DNA of 64,000 bases, from the NCBI GenBank assembly GCA_013416795.1, contig RQSC01000028.1:1038219-1102218 (forward strand). Direction: 5' to 3'. The DNA is from Prasinococcaceae sp. CCMP 1430 (taxonomy: Eukaryota > Plantae > Prasinodermophyta). Of the stretch, positions 43,137 through 53,623 are shown piece after piece (position 1 is the stretch's first letter; each line of letters starts with the position of its first letter). The notes beneath the pieces were generated by a model. That model searched no databases and had not been told where the DNA came from. It saw nothing but the letters and a program-made list of their open reading frames with translations. The translations under genes were made by a program, and so were the position numbers.

Positions 43137-45326
43137 TTACGGCGGCAGCACGAGCTCGCAGCGCGAGACAACGGCCGCGCGCCCGGCGAGCACCACGCGC
43201 GAGCCCTCGTCGCGCACGCGCAGGTCGCCGCCGCGGGCAGACAGCTGGCTCGCGCGAAACTCTGGGCCTCTCAAGGGTGTGGCGCTCCAGTAGGGCGCGA
43301 GCACGGTGTGCGCCGAGCCCGTCACGGGGTCCTCGCCGATCCCGACCCACGGCGCGAAGTACCTGCTCACAAAGTCGACCTCCTCGTCCAAACAATCCGA
43401 AGCGGTCACGATGACGCCCTTCACAACGCTCCCGTCGTGGGCAGACAGCAAGCGCGCCGGGAGGTCCTTATCCAGCGCCTCGATGGCCTGTCGGTCGCCC
43501 AAGCGCACGAGCAGCTTCTTTGTCGACGTGGAATACTCGAACGTATGGAGGGGCTGATCCTCGCCGGTGATCACCTCGCCGATCGACAGCGCAGCAGCCA
43601 CCAGCTGGGGCCTGAGTTTGACATCCACGGCCTCGATACTCTCTGGAGGGTTGCTGGGCAGGTCGAGCTCCAACGATCCGTCGCCGCTGATGCTCACGCG
43701 AAGTTCGCCCGAGAGCGTGTCGAATTTGAGCACCTCAGAGCTGTTGCCCACCGCCTGCGCGAGCGCCGCCGCGGTGGCCATCGTCGCGTGGCCGCACAGG
43801 TTCACTTCGACTGTGGGCGTAAACCATCGCAGATCAAAGTGCGAGCATTCTTCGAATGTCGCGTTCGCACTCTTTGCTGAGGGCGTCACGAAGGCTGTCT
43901 CGGAGAGGTTCATCTGCGCAGCGACGGCGAGCATCCGCGCGTCGCTGAGGGGCCTGCCGCGCGGGACCAACACCACGGCCGCGGGGTTGCCAGAGTACGC
44001 GCCGCCGCGCGCCGTGACGAAAGCATTTGCGACGAAGGAGTGCACCGAGGGCGAGGCGACCGCGCTGCTGCTGGCGCGCCCGTTGGCAGCAACGCGCGCA
44101 CGCTTCGTAGGACGCTTGTCGCCGTTGACGTCGGCGGCGCTGTTGGCGCCCACCGGCGCGGGCGCAGGCGTTTCGCCCGCGCGGCCGAAGTTCGCCTCCG
44201 CCATGCCGAGCCACTCGAGCGCAGTGCCCCCCAGCAGACGCTTGATGACGCTCACGGGCATGCCGCTGGACTCAATGAGGTGCCCGGGGTACACTTCGAG
44301 CCTCTCGCCAGTACCCGGTGCCACGCTGAAGACCTCGCCCAAAGGGAAGGGATAGTCGCTGCCGAGCATGACGCGCTCGTGGCCCATGAAATCGATGAGG
44401 AACTTGAGCGCGTCGCGGTCGTGCGTGATGGAGTCGAGGTACAGCCTGCGGATACCTTCCCGCGGAGCGACGCCGGGCGTGTCCACGGCCACCAGGTCGG
44501 GCCGACACTTGTGGCCCCAGTCGAGGCGTCCCGCGAGGAAGGGCAGCGCGCCGCCGCCGTGCGAGAGCATGACCTTCAGTCCGGGATATCTGGCGAGCAC
44601 ACCGCCGAGCACGAGGGCTGCACCCGCAGCGGCGGTTTCCGCTGGCATCCCCACCAGCCACGGAAGCCAGTACTTGTTGTCGCACCACCACTCCATGTCC
44701 CATGGGTGCACGAGCACGGCCGCGCCTAGGCGCTCGGCCTCCTCCCACACGGGGCGCAGCTCTGGCGCGCTCAGCGGGATGATGCGGCGGCCGCGGTGGC
44801 CGTTAGGGTCGGCGGCGTCCACGTGGGAGCCGACCTGCACGCCACGTAGCCCAAGCTCGGTCACACAGCGCCGCAGCTCCGCGACGGCCGCCGCCGGATC
44901 CTGCAGGGGCAGCGTGCCGAGGCCGACCATTCGCGATGCCCGCGCGGCGCACGTCGCCGCGAGGTCGTCGTTGAGGAAACGCGACCAGCGCACGGCGCTT
45001 TCGCCCTGCAGATGGTAATTAAACATGACCGGCACCGTACACACGACCTGCACGTCGACGCCAGTTGCGTCGCATTCGGCGATCACGCTGTCGGCGTCGA
45101 ACGCGTTGCGCTTGAGCTTGCGGAAGAGCCTCCCATCGGAGGCCCACTCGAGTCTCGCGCTGAACGGCGCGTCCTCGGCGAGCATGAAGCGCAGGTCGAC
45201 GCCCTCGGTATCGGGCCAGCCGTTCGAGGGCAGCAGATGCGTGTGCGAGTCCACCTTGAAAACTTTCTCGCCGCCGACGACGCCGCAGTGCGCCTCGGTG
45301 CGCGCCGCCCTGCCGCCGCCCGCCAT
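43137..45326 (-). CDS. Fusion of ACMSD (aminocarboxymuconate-semialdehyde decarboxylase, amidohydrolase fold) and a PhzF/PBLD-family isomerase (729 aa)
   Basis: N half: DSHTH, TVPVMF, GLGTLPLQDP, VHPWDM..KYWLPWLVGMPAET, HGGG, LGSDYPFPLGE. C half: GNPAAV, NLSETAF, RWFTPTVEVNLCGHAT, SRYFAPWVGIGEDPVTGSAH. One uninterrupted ORF. Confidence 0.9.
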   Translation of the reverse strand: MAGGGRAARTEAHCGVVGGEKVFKVDSHTHLLPSNGWPDTEGVDLRFMLAEDAPFSARLEWASDGRLFRKLKRNAFDADSVIAECDATGVDVQVVCTVPVMFNYHLQGESAVRWSRFLNDDLAATCAARASRMVGLGTLPLQDPAAAVAELRRCVTELGLRGVQVGSHVDAADPNGHRGRRIIPLSAPELRPVWEEAERLGAAVLVHPWDMEWWCDNKYWLPWLVGMPAETAAAGAALVLGGVLARYPGLKVMLSHGGGALPFLAGRLDWGHKCRPDLVAVDTPGVAPREGIRRLYLDSITHDRDALKFLIDFMGHERVMLGSDYPFPLGEVFSVAPGTGERLEVYPGHLIESSGMPVSVIKRLLGGTALEWLGMAEANFGRAGETPAPAPVGANSAADVNGDKRPTKRARVAANGRASSSAVASPSVHSFVANAFVTARGGAYSGNPAAVVLVPRGRPLSDARMLAVAAQMNLSETAFVTPSAKSANATFEECSHFDLRWFTPTVEVNLCGHATMATAAALAQAVGNSSEVLKFDTLSGELRVSISGDGSLELDLPSNPPESIEAVDVKLRPQLVAAALSIGEVITGEDQPLHTFEYSTSTKKLLVRLGDRQAIEALDKDLPARLLSAHDGSVVKGVIVTASDCLDEEVDFVSRYFAPWVGIGEDPVTGSAHTVLAPYWSATPLRGPEFRASQLSARGGDLRVRDEGSRVVLAGRAAVVSRCELVLPP

Positions 45327-45957
45327 CGCCAACGGCAGGGCACGGCCTGTCCCCGCGCCACGGTCCCTCCGTTCCACCGGGCGCGCCTCCGCGCCGCGTC
45401 GAGCGCGGCGAGCGCCACGAGCGGCGCGGCGGCCGCGCGGCCTCCCACCTCCCGACCGAGCGCGCGCAGCGCGTTCAGCGCGTCGGTGTGGCGAGCGGCA
45501 GGCCTCCTCCCGCACCCCCCCCCTCCACCACCACCACCCGGCGCTGCGGGCCGCCTGCAGGCACGAGGATGTGTCGGTACCATTCCGACGCACGACGACG
45601 GTTTTTTTTCCCGCCACGTAGAAATCGCAGAGCGTGGTGATTTCGCCCGCGTGGATCCGCTTTTACATGTCAGCGCGGTCGCGCTGTGCGTGGCCGGCGC
45701 CCCGCTCACGCGCAGTGCATTCTGACTCCGTTGAGCATCGGCGCGCACCGAAAGTGGATCCGTCGAACAGCGGCGGAACACGCATGCCAAGACGGCCCCG
45801 GCCAGCGCGCGCGCGCACGTGCGCGGCTGGAGGAGGCCGCGGCCGCTGGTGACAGTGGCGCCCCCATACAGTACAGTAGGCTTCCGCTGCAGCAGAGTGC
45901 TCAGCTCGCGCTACATATCTACTGTAGCTGAGAGAATTATTATGCGTGTATATGCCG

Positions 45958-46786
45958 TCACGCGCTCTCGTGCGTGTCTGTGCCGTCGCCATCCGTGGGC
46001 TCTGCTTCAGCCTCGCCGGCGGCCTCCACACCATCTGCGGGCGCCTCCAGCTCGGGCTCGACATCGGGCTCCGATTCGTACTCGTCCTCCGAGCCGCTGC
46101 TGGGCAAGCCGAGATTGCGCATCTGACTTTCGATGCCGCCTGTGATGCCGTCGCGCATAAACCTTTCCTGCACGGCGAGCACCTCGTCGGCGTTGGTGCA
46201 CGCGGCGTACTCGTCGAGCGCGGGGCCGTTCAGGTGGAAGAAGGAGTCACCCCACGTGAACTTGGCCATGACCGCGCGCGCGTCTTCGCGACGCCCGCCG
46301 ATATACAGCGCCGCTGCGAGCGCCTCTGCGCAGCTCAGGGTCGCCGGCCTCCCGTAGTTCACCGGGTTGGACGCGAGCAGGAATGGCAGCAGGCGCGGCG
46401 TGCCTCTCAGCTTGCTGAACGGCACCTCGTCCAGGCGGGCCCACGAGCAGTCCACCACGGCCAATCCGCCAGCGCCCAGCAGGTCGTAGTCCTCCGCCGA
46501 AACGCACCTGTCCCCCGCAGGCGACAGCACTAAGCCCCTGTAGCCCTGGCCGACCCGCAGCTCGCGTATCATGCCCATCCTCGCCAGCTTGGAGCCTGTG
46601 CACCGCCGGCGGTCGCACTGGCCCAGGTCCCACATGGCGAGCTTCACGCTCAGCTCGGGCATGCCACCTGACTCATCCACGTCCGAGTCGCCCTCGCCCT
46701 CATCCTCGCCGCCGCCGCTCGCGTGCCACCGCGCCTCGCGCCCGCCGCCGCCACTGCCGCCGCCGCCGCCCCACACACACACGAAC
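45958..46786 (-). CDS. TSR3: 18S rRNA aminocarboxypropyltransferase; 5' end lies in the gap
   Basis: LAMWDLGQCDRRRCTGSKL, DCSWA, RLLPFLLASNPVNYGRP..LSCAEA, F.WG..F. Confidence 0.93.
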
Positions 46787-47127
46787 NNNNNNNNNNNNNN
46801 NNNNNNNNNNNNNNNNNNNNNNNNNNNNNNNNNNNNNNNNNNNNNNNNNNNNNNNNNNNNNNNNNNNNNNNNNNNNNNNNNNNNNNNNNNNNNNNNNNNN
46901 NNNNNNNNNNNNNNNNNNNNNNNNNNNNNNNNNNNNNNNNNNNNNNNNNNNNNNNNNNNNNNNNNNNNNNNNNNNNNNNNNNNNNNNNNNNNNNNNNNNN
47001 NNNNNNNNNNNNNNNNNNNNNNNNNNNNNNNNNNNNNNNNNNNNNNNNNNNNNNNNNNNNNNNNNNNNNNNNNNNNNNNNNNNNNNNNNNNNNNNNNNNN
47101 NNNNNNNNNNNNNNNNNNNNNNNNNNN
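46787..47127. other. Assembly gap at a divergent promoter
   Basis: N run read directly. Confidence 1.
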
Positions 47128-47428
47128 CGGCGGGGCGTTCGCCGCGGGGGGTGAGTGGGCGCGAGCGTGCCGCCCGCGGGCCTCCATGCTGCCGCCCGCT
47201 GCCGCCGCTGCCGCCGCCGTTGAGCGCGTCGCCATGCGCGAGATTGTCGTGCTCGAGGCGCCGGGCGCCGGCGCGGGCGAAGCGCTGCAGGCAATCAAGC
47301 GCACGTGGCAGCCGTCGACGCGCAAGCGCAAGCGCAAGCACGGCTTCCTCTCGCGGCTGCGCACGAAGAACGGCCGCAAGGTGCTCAATCGGCGCATCCA
47401 AAAGGGGAGGGCACGCCTCGCCCCGTAG
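47128..47428 (+). CDS. rpl34: Organellar ribosomal protein bL34 with a targeting peptide; 5' end lies in the gap
   Basis: [42 protein letters not shown]. Confidence 0.9.
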
Positions 47429-47506
47429 CTGGCGCGGCGAGGAGCATGCGGAACTGTACAAGTATATATATACTACAATCAATTGTCGCCCGTGCGCCTC
47501 CTTCTC

Positions 47507-50500
47507 TCAGAAGTGGTCGAACGAGGCGCCCGCGAAGGTGTCATCGAAGTCGAAGTCGTCATGCGTGGCGAACTCGTCCTGCGTCGCATCGCTCTCCTGC
47601 GTCGGACTCGCCTCAACCTGGCTAGACACGTACGTGACCTGCGACGCGACCTCCCAGTTCTGGCTGGGCCCTTCGTCCTCGTCGTCGTCCTCGCTTGAGC
47701 TGGGCGCGACGACGGCGTCCGCCTCGCCCGCTGCGACCCGCGTGCCCGGCGCAGACGCCCCTGCTGCCGCTGGCGCGTCCCGATCGGAAGGGATGCTCGT
47801 CGCCGTGCCGGGCGCGCCATCGGCGGCCGCACCACGCGCGCTGCCTGCGACATGCTGCTGGACTCGTCCGCCTGCCCCACGCACGGCATCGGCGCCGCGA
47901 TTCGCAGGCGGTGGCGACGTGCCGGCCTTGGCTGCCGACGCGGGTAGGCACGCTGGACACTGCCACATCTCCGGCAATTGAGAGGCGGTCAGGGCATCGC
48001 CCTCAAGGCAGCCAACGTGCCACGCGGCGGGACAGAAATCGCAGCAGACCAAGTCGCCCTCCTCCCCGCATCCCGCGCACACGTCGTCGTTCTGGTCGTA
48101 CGTGAGCTCCTGCGGTGTGTGGAGATCAGAGTGACCGCCACGGGGCGTGCTACCCGTGCCCGTGCACATCGTGGGCGTGCGCTCGTCGCTCGGCTGCGTC
48201 GGCGTGATTGCCTGCCCGTGGAAGAGGCGGTCAAGCACGCCTCCCCGCGCCATATGCATCATGTGCCGCGGCACGCCGCCGGAGTCATGCATGAGCCCCT
48301 GCCTGTAGATGGCCATGTCGTCGCCCCCCGTGCTTAGACGGCCGTCGGAGGGGCCGTGCTGGCTCGGCGTGCGGTCAGTGCAGACAAATCCCTCGAGGTC
48401 TCCATCGAGGTCCTCGGCGTCGTAGTCCCCTTCGTCTTCGCTCTCTGCGTCTGCTGCATCGTCGACGAAAACGCCGCCATTGCGCGGCCGCCCGGCCGTG
48501 CGACGTGCCGTGCGAGACGGTCCGGCGGGGCCACCGCTGCCCTCTTGAATGCGCCGAAGCCTGCGGGTGCGCTTCTGCACACGTGCAGGGGTTCGCTCCG
48601 CGCTCTGTGGCGCGGGAGCAGCTGCCTCACGCGGCTGGCTGCCGCCGGTGCTGTCCCGAACTTTTCTCTTGAGGCGCCGGAGGTTGCGCCGTGGTGGCTG
48701 GCTCGGACCCGCCGTGGCGGCTGCGAATGCGTCCCATTCGTCCTCGCCGAGACTCTGGCGCCCGCAAGACGACCGACGTGACGGATCCTCCGACGGGAGC
48801 GAGTTCGCACCCTTTTGCGTGTTCACGGCATGCGGAGCGAGTGGAGTCCGTACGCGCGCACGATCCGCTCCTGGCTTCACGCACAATCCTTGACCCATGT
48901 GAGGTGGGTGATCTGAAGGAGTCGGCGGGAGGGTAGACACTTCAGAAACGGCCGGCCCAGCGCGAGCGGGCGCATGCACAGGCGTTTCAGCGGGTGTAGA
49001 GCGAGGCGCGGTCTCCGCCTGCACAGGCCTCGGCCCTGGCTCATCGGTCCTCTGCGTCTCTGCTACTGCATCTGGCGGAACGCTCAGCGGGGAGAAGCCA
49101 AGTCCAAAATCCCCTCCGTCCACATCCAAGGTGAAGCTGTCCTTATGAGCCGAAGCAGGGTTCCCTTCCTCAGCGAGATCGGCTCGCATCGGGGCCGTTG
49201 CCCCCGGGAGGGTCGCCGTAGCCGGTGTCATAGCTGAAGGCACATCGGCGGCGACAACGGGGCTGAGTCGATCGATGGGCGAGGCGGGCAGAGGCGATCT
49301 GGAGGGGGCTGCGGGTGGGCTCGACGCCGGTGACGACCTGGGCCCAGCTGTTGGCGCCGTTGGACGCGCCTCTGTTGGTGAGGCGGTTCGCGCGAACGGT
49401 TGCTCAGAGATGTGTGCGCCCGTGTCGATGGTCACCGCGAGCTCGGCACACACAGCAGCTGTTGCTGGCGCAGGCGGAGGGGCACCTACGTTGGCGGGAG
49501 ACTCAGGAACATGGGACGGGTCAGCATCAGATCCCGATGGGCACCCCGAATTGCTCCCCTTGGGGGTCGCTGGCTGGGCACGCTGTCCAAGCGAGGTAGC
49601 GGCCGCTTGCTCGGCGGCAGCGTCGAGAGGAAAGTCGAAGGCGCCCTCAGGTGGCATTGCAATCGTCAACTCTCCATTGGGAGCGACGCCAAAGAGTGGC
49701 ATGCCCCCGAAGGCACTTGAGAAGAGCTCCGGCGGTGGCTGTGCTGGCGTTGCAGGCGTTGCCGGTGACGTCTGTGGCAGCTGCGGCTGCAACTGTGGCC
49801 CACCGTCCGTGAAGGCGGGCGCATCCATGCCCTGCGGGCTTTCGTGTTCCTCTGCGCAATGAAGTGGCTGTGAGTCCTCGATCACGATGACATGCGCACC
49901 TGACGAAGCGACCGCTTGATCATGAGCCATTGGGGCGCGATCCGCCAGAGCTTGCGGCTCTGTGGGTACGTCCGCGGTGCCGCTAGGCCATTCGAGCTGT
50001 CGCATCGCATGCACGAACGCTTTCGAAGCCCAAGAGTGCGGCATGTCACCGTGCCGCGCCGTAAGCTTGCGCTGGCGCGAAGGCCACGCGGTCATACTGA
50101 GACCGCCATGACGCGGGAGCCCTTCTTCGAGTGCCCCGCCGAGACCGTGCTCTTGCAGCAGTTGTATGTCGGCGGCAGTGAGTTCTGGCGGCTTCTCCTT
50201 CGACGCAGCACTGGCGGGCGGGCGTGAGTGGCGCGCACTCGACGCTGCCGTGGAGGGTGCTCGCTGCGCAGCAGCAGTGCCACCGCTCGGGTTAGTCGTA
50301 TCGGCACGCCGCATGTCGACCACTTCGAGCGTGGGCGTGACTTCCGACGGGATCATCCTTGGCGAATGCCTGTAGAAAGCGAACATACCGCCCCCGCCTG
50401 CCGCCTTGAGGGCGCGCGCGATGCGATTCTTAGACTGCTCCATTTGGTGGAACGTCTTTTCCTCTTTGCCCTCCGAGGCGAGGATGACCACGCGTCCATC

Positions 50501-53062
50501 GCGCGCGCGGCCAGTGCGTCCCATGCGCTGCACTGAACGCGTCGGGTTTGCGCTGGCGTCAAAGCAAATGATCAAGTCCACCTGCGGGATGTCGAGTCCC
50601 TCCTCAGCTACCTGTGTCGCCACCAGCACTTGCACGCGCCCTTGTCGAAACATGTTCAGAACCTCCTGCTGCTCGGGCTGTGTCATGCCGCGCATGCCGC
50701 TCGAGTCCTCCCCCTGTCCAACGAATTCGGCAGCGCGCACGCCCTCAATCACGTTGAGGGCCGTAACAATGTCTTTGACGCTCTCGCGATAGTTGGTGAA
50801 GACGAGAACACCGGAGCACTGCCCGCCATTGCCTTTGCTTGTTTCCACATGCTCGCGCACGAGCCGCACAGTGTGTGCCACCTTGGGGTGCGACGCACCG
50901 TTCTTCATCGCCCGCCGAAGCATGTCCATGAGCTCAGTGAAGAGCAAATTTTTCGCCAGGTACTGCATGTGCTTCGTGGTCTTCCCTCCCTCGTACTTTT
51001 GCAGCGTGCCGTACAGCTCACGAGCGCCGTGCGTGCGGTACTTTTCGATCGCAGACGCCCACGTGAGTGCGCGATGGAATATCTGTATCAGGAAGGCTGC
51101 TGTCGCCTGGCGCCCGCCGCCCCTCCCGCCCTCCTGGAACTGTTGCATGGCCTTCCATACGCCTGCGCGAGTCACCTCGGACATCGTGTCGACGAAGTAC
51201 AGCCTCTCCGCCCTCAAGCGAGAGAACGGTTCGCGCGCCACTTCGTACAGGATCTCGTCCAGTTGTGCGAGGCTCTTATCAGTCGGCACCACAAGCAGCT
51301 CGACCTCGCGGTGATGCGTGTACTGCGCGACGTCTGGATCATCGTCGAGGCGGCACTCTACCTTGCCGATCATGCAGTTGTCGATCACGCCCTGGATTTT
51401 CCTGCCGTCGTGCCCAGGCGTCGCTGTGAGCGCGACGATGCGCGCCTTGATGTTCGCTTTGCTCAACGACTCCACCACGTTGACGAAGGCATACTTGCCA
51501 CTTGCGTGGTGCGCCTCGTCCACAACCACGCACACCACTCGCTCCTGCGGGCACGATGCGTTCATGATGTCCTTCTCCACACATTGCGGCGTCGCAAACA
51601 CCACGCGCTTCGTCTGCCAGAGCGCACGGCGCTTTGCGCTGGGCCCGCTCGATCCGGTCATCTGCACCACATGCGCCGGATCGAAGCCGACGGCTGCCTG
51701 GACCGCCCTCATCTGCTGGTCGACCAGCGGCTTCGTGGCGGCCAAGAAGATAATGATGCCTTGAGGATACCAACGGTAGAAGTTGGCCATCACCACGCCA
51801 GCGATGAGCGTCTTGCCCAAGCCCGTCGGAAGGCAGATCATCGTGTTCTCGAAGAGCGCCGATGCGACCATCTCGAACTGATACTCACGACGAGGGGGAT
51901 ACGTGGGGTACTGCCACGTCTTGATCTCAACTGGATCTGGTTTGGGCCGATCCTTGCGGTCCGCCTTGCGCCCGTCGACACCCGCTTGACGCCCTGACAG
52001 CGTGACCGCGAACTCCTCTGCGTTCGCCGTCCCGGAGTTGGCGTGCGAGCGTCCACCGGCGTCGGTGTGTCGAACAGGGGGGGGCAGCGCCGCTGTGACT
52101 ACTGCGCCTGTGCCGACTTGCACGTTGCCACCCCACGCGCCGGCAAGAGTGCGCTGCCTGCCTCCCTCTGGGCGGGGCCGGCTGATGGTCACCAGCTGCG
52201 GCTGGCGCGTGGGCTCGGCGGCTCGGCCTTCGCCGCCCTGCTGCGGAGGCTGTTGCTGCGGCTGCGCGGGCAGCCGTGATTGCGCTCGAGCCTGTGTTCT
52301 CTGATGCTGCGCCAGCGTCACTGCTGGCTGCGGCTGTGGCGCCATTGCTTGCTGCTTTTGCGGCTGCGGCGCCATTGCTTGCTGCTGCTGCAAGCAGTCG
52401 TCCCGAGAGATTTGTTGCACCGATTGAGGAGGGCGTCGCTGATGCAGGAATGGCACCGGCCCCTGCGAGTGCTGTGGCTGCTGCACGTGGCCGTGCGGGA
52501 CCCCGCCCAGCTGCTGCTGCGGCGGCGGCGGCTGGATGTTTTGCTGCACGTGGACGAAAACTCCGTGGACTCCACGCGGGACCATGCAGACAACACCGGT
52601 TCGGCCCACGACGACGGCGACCACAACCACGACGGCCACACTCTGACATAGCTCGTTTTGATGCCGCTGGGGGGGCTCAGCCTGCATCCCCCAGCCTGGT
52701 GCTGCCCAGCCCCCACTTTGGTTCGCCTGCTGGCCCCCTCCGTCGCCGCTTCTGAGAGCGATCCCCCCGCCGCCCCATGGGGACGGAGTGCCAGCGCCTC
52801 CGAAGGTGCCCCCATGCATCGGTGGCTGGTACTGCGGATTTGAGGGCTGCTGGACCGGCGCGCCACGCTGCTGCGGCGCGCTGCTCTGCGCTGCCCGCTG
52901 GTTCTGTTGCAACAGCTGCCACGCATCGCCTCTTTCTCCGAGGCCGCCGGCGGAAATGCCGTGGAGCGCACCCCCACTTGCTGCGGCGCTACGGCACGCG
53001 GCGGCCTGCTCGGCCGCATCCGCACCCTGCGCAGCCTCTAGCCAGAACGCCTCGTCATCCAT
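47507..53062 (-). CDS. FANCM: FANCM/Mph1-like DEAH-box helicase with a C-terminal PHD finger
   Basis: REYQ, LPTGLGKTLIA, NFYRWYP, DEAHHA, LTATPG, GMTQPEQ, ATQVAEEGLDIPQVD, QRMGRTGRAR. PHD: CAGCGEEGDLVCCDFCPAAWHVGCL...WQCPAC. Probable in-frame intron near 52550-52650. Confidence 0.9.
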   Translation of the reverse strand: MDDEAFWLEAAQGADAAEQAAACRSAAASGGALHGISAGGLGERGDAWQLLQQNQRAAQSSAPQQRGAPVQQPSNPQYQPPMHGGTFGGAGTPSPWGGGGIALRSGDGGGQQANQSGGWAAPGWGMQAEPPQRHQNELCQSVAVVVVVAVVVGRTGVVCMVPRGVHGVFVHVQQNIQPPPPQQQLGGVPHGHVQQPQHSQGPVPFLHQRRPPQSVQQISRDDCLQQQQAMAPQPQKQQAMAPQPQPAVTLAQHQRTQARAQSRLPAQPQQQPPQQGGEGRAAEPTRQPQLVTISRPRPEGGRQRTLAGAWGGNVQVGTGAVVTAALPPPVRHTDAGGRSHANSGTANAEEFAVTLSGRQAGVDGRKADRKDRPKPDPVEIKTWQYPTYPPRREYQFEMVASALFENTMICLPTGLGKTLIAGVVMANFYRWYPQGIIIFLAATKPLVDQQMRAVQAAVGFDPAHVVQMTGSSGPSAKRRALWQTKRVVFATPQCVEKDIMNASCPQERVVCVVVDEAHHASGKYAFVNVVESLSKANIKARIVALTATPGHDGRKIQGVIDNCMIGKVECRLDDDPDVAQYTHHREVELLVVPTDKSLAQLDEILYEVAREPFSRLRAERLYFVDTMSEVTRAGVWKAMQQFQEGGRGGGRQATAAFLIQIFHRALTWASAIEKYRTHGARELYGTLQKYEGGKTTKHMQYLAKNLLFTELMDMLRRAMKNGASHPKVAHTVRLVREHVETSKGNGGQCSGVLVFTNYRESVKDIVTALNVIEGVRAAEFVGQGEDSSGMRGMTQPEQQEVLNMFRQGRVQVLVATQVAEEGLDIPQVDLIICFDASANPTRSVQRMGRTGRARDGRVVILASEGKEEKTFHQMEQSKNRIARALKAAGGGGMFAFYRHSPRMIPSEVTPTLEVVDMRRADTTNPSGGTAAAQRAPSTAASSARHSRPPASAASKEKPPELTAADIQLLQEHGLGGALEEGLPRHGGLSMTAWPSRQRKLTARHGDMPHSWASKAFVHAMRQLEWPSGTADVPTEPQALADRAPMAHDQAVASSGAHVIVIEDSQPLHCAEEHESPQGMDAPAFTDGGPQLQPQLPQTSPATPATPAQPPPELFSSAFGGMPLFGVAPNGELTIAMPPEGAFDFPLDAAAEQAAATSLGQRAQPATPKGSNSGCPSGSDADPSHVPESPANVGAPPPAPATAAVCAELAVTIDTGAHISEQPFARTASPTEARPTAPTAGPRSSPASSPPAAPSRSPLPASPIDRLSPVVAADVPSAMTPATATLPGATAPMRADLAEEGNPASAHKDSFTLDVDGGDFGLGFSPLSVPPDAVAETQRTDEPGPRPVQAETAPRSTPAETPVHAPARAGPAVSEVSTLPPTPSDHPPHMGQGLCVKPGADRARVRTPLAPHAVNTQKGANSLPSEDPSRRSSCGRQSLGEDEWDAFAAATAGPSQPPRRNLRRLKRKVRDSTGGSQPREAAAPAPQSAERTPARVQKRTRRLRRIQEGSGGPAGPSRTARRTAGRPRNGGVFVDDAADAESEDEGDYDAEDLDGDLEGFVCTDRTPSQHGPSDGRLSTGGDDMAIYRQGLMHDSGGVPRHMMHMARGGVLDRLFHGQAITPTQPSDERTPTMCTGTGSTPRGGHSDLHTPQELTYDQNDDVCAGCGEEGDLVCCDFCPAAWHVGCLEGDALTASQLPEMWQCPACLPASAAKAGTSPPPANRGADAVRGAGGRVQQHVAGSARGAAADGAPGTATSIPSDRDAPAAAGASAPGTRVAAGEADAVVAPSSSEDDDEDEGPSQNWEVASQVTYVSSQVEASPTQESDATQDEFATHDDFDFDDTFAGASFDHF

Positions 53063-53233
53063 GGCCGCCAGGCTGCCGGCCCGAGGCCCCTAGCCCTCAA
53101 CCCCAACCCACCCACCCCTTGCCGCCCCGCCCCGCCCCGCCGCGCGGTCCGCGTGCCGAGCAGCACCGGGCACCGCACCCAGCCGCGGCGCCCTCCTCGC
53201 CGGGGTGGCTGGGGTGCGCGACGCGCCCGCCCC

Positions 53234-53623
53234 NNNNNNNNNNNNNNNNNNNNNNNNNNNNNNNNNNNNNNNNNNNNNNNNNNNNNNNNNNNNNNNNNNN
53301 NNNNNNNNNNNNNNNNNNNNNNNNNNNNNNNNNNNNNNNNNNNNNNNNNNNNNNNNNNNNNNNNNNNNNNNNNNNNNNNNNNNNNNNNNNNNNNNNNNNN
53401 NNNNNNNNNNNNNNNNNNNNNNNNNNNNNNNNNNNNNNNNNNNNNNNNNNNNNNNNNNNNNNNNNNNNNNNNNNNNNNNNNNNNNNNNNNNNNNNNNNNN
53501 NNNNNNNNNNNNNNNNNNNNNNNNNNNNNNNNNNNNNNNNNNNNNNNNNNNNNNNNNNNNNNNNNNNNNNNNNNNNNNNNNNNNNNNNNNNNNNNNNNNN
53601 NNNNNNNNNNNNNNNNNNNNNNN
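53234..53623. other. Assembly gap at a divergent promoter
   Basis: N run read directly. Confidence 1.
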
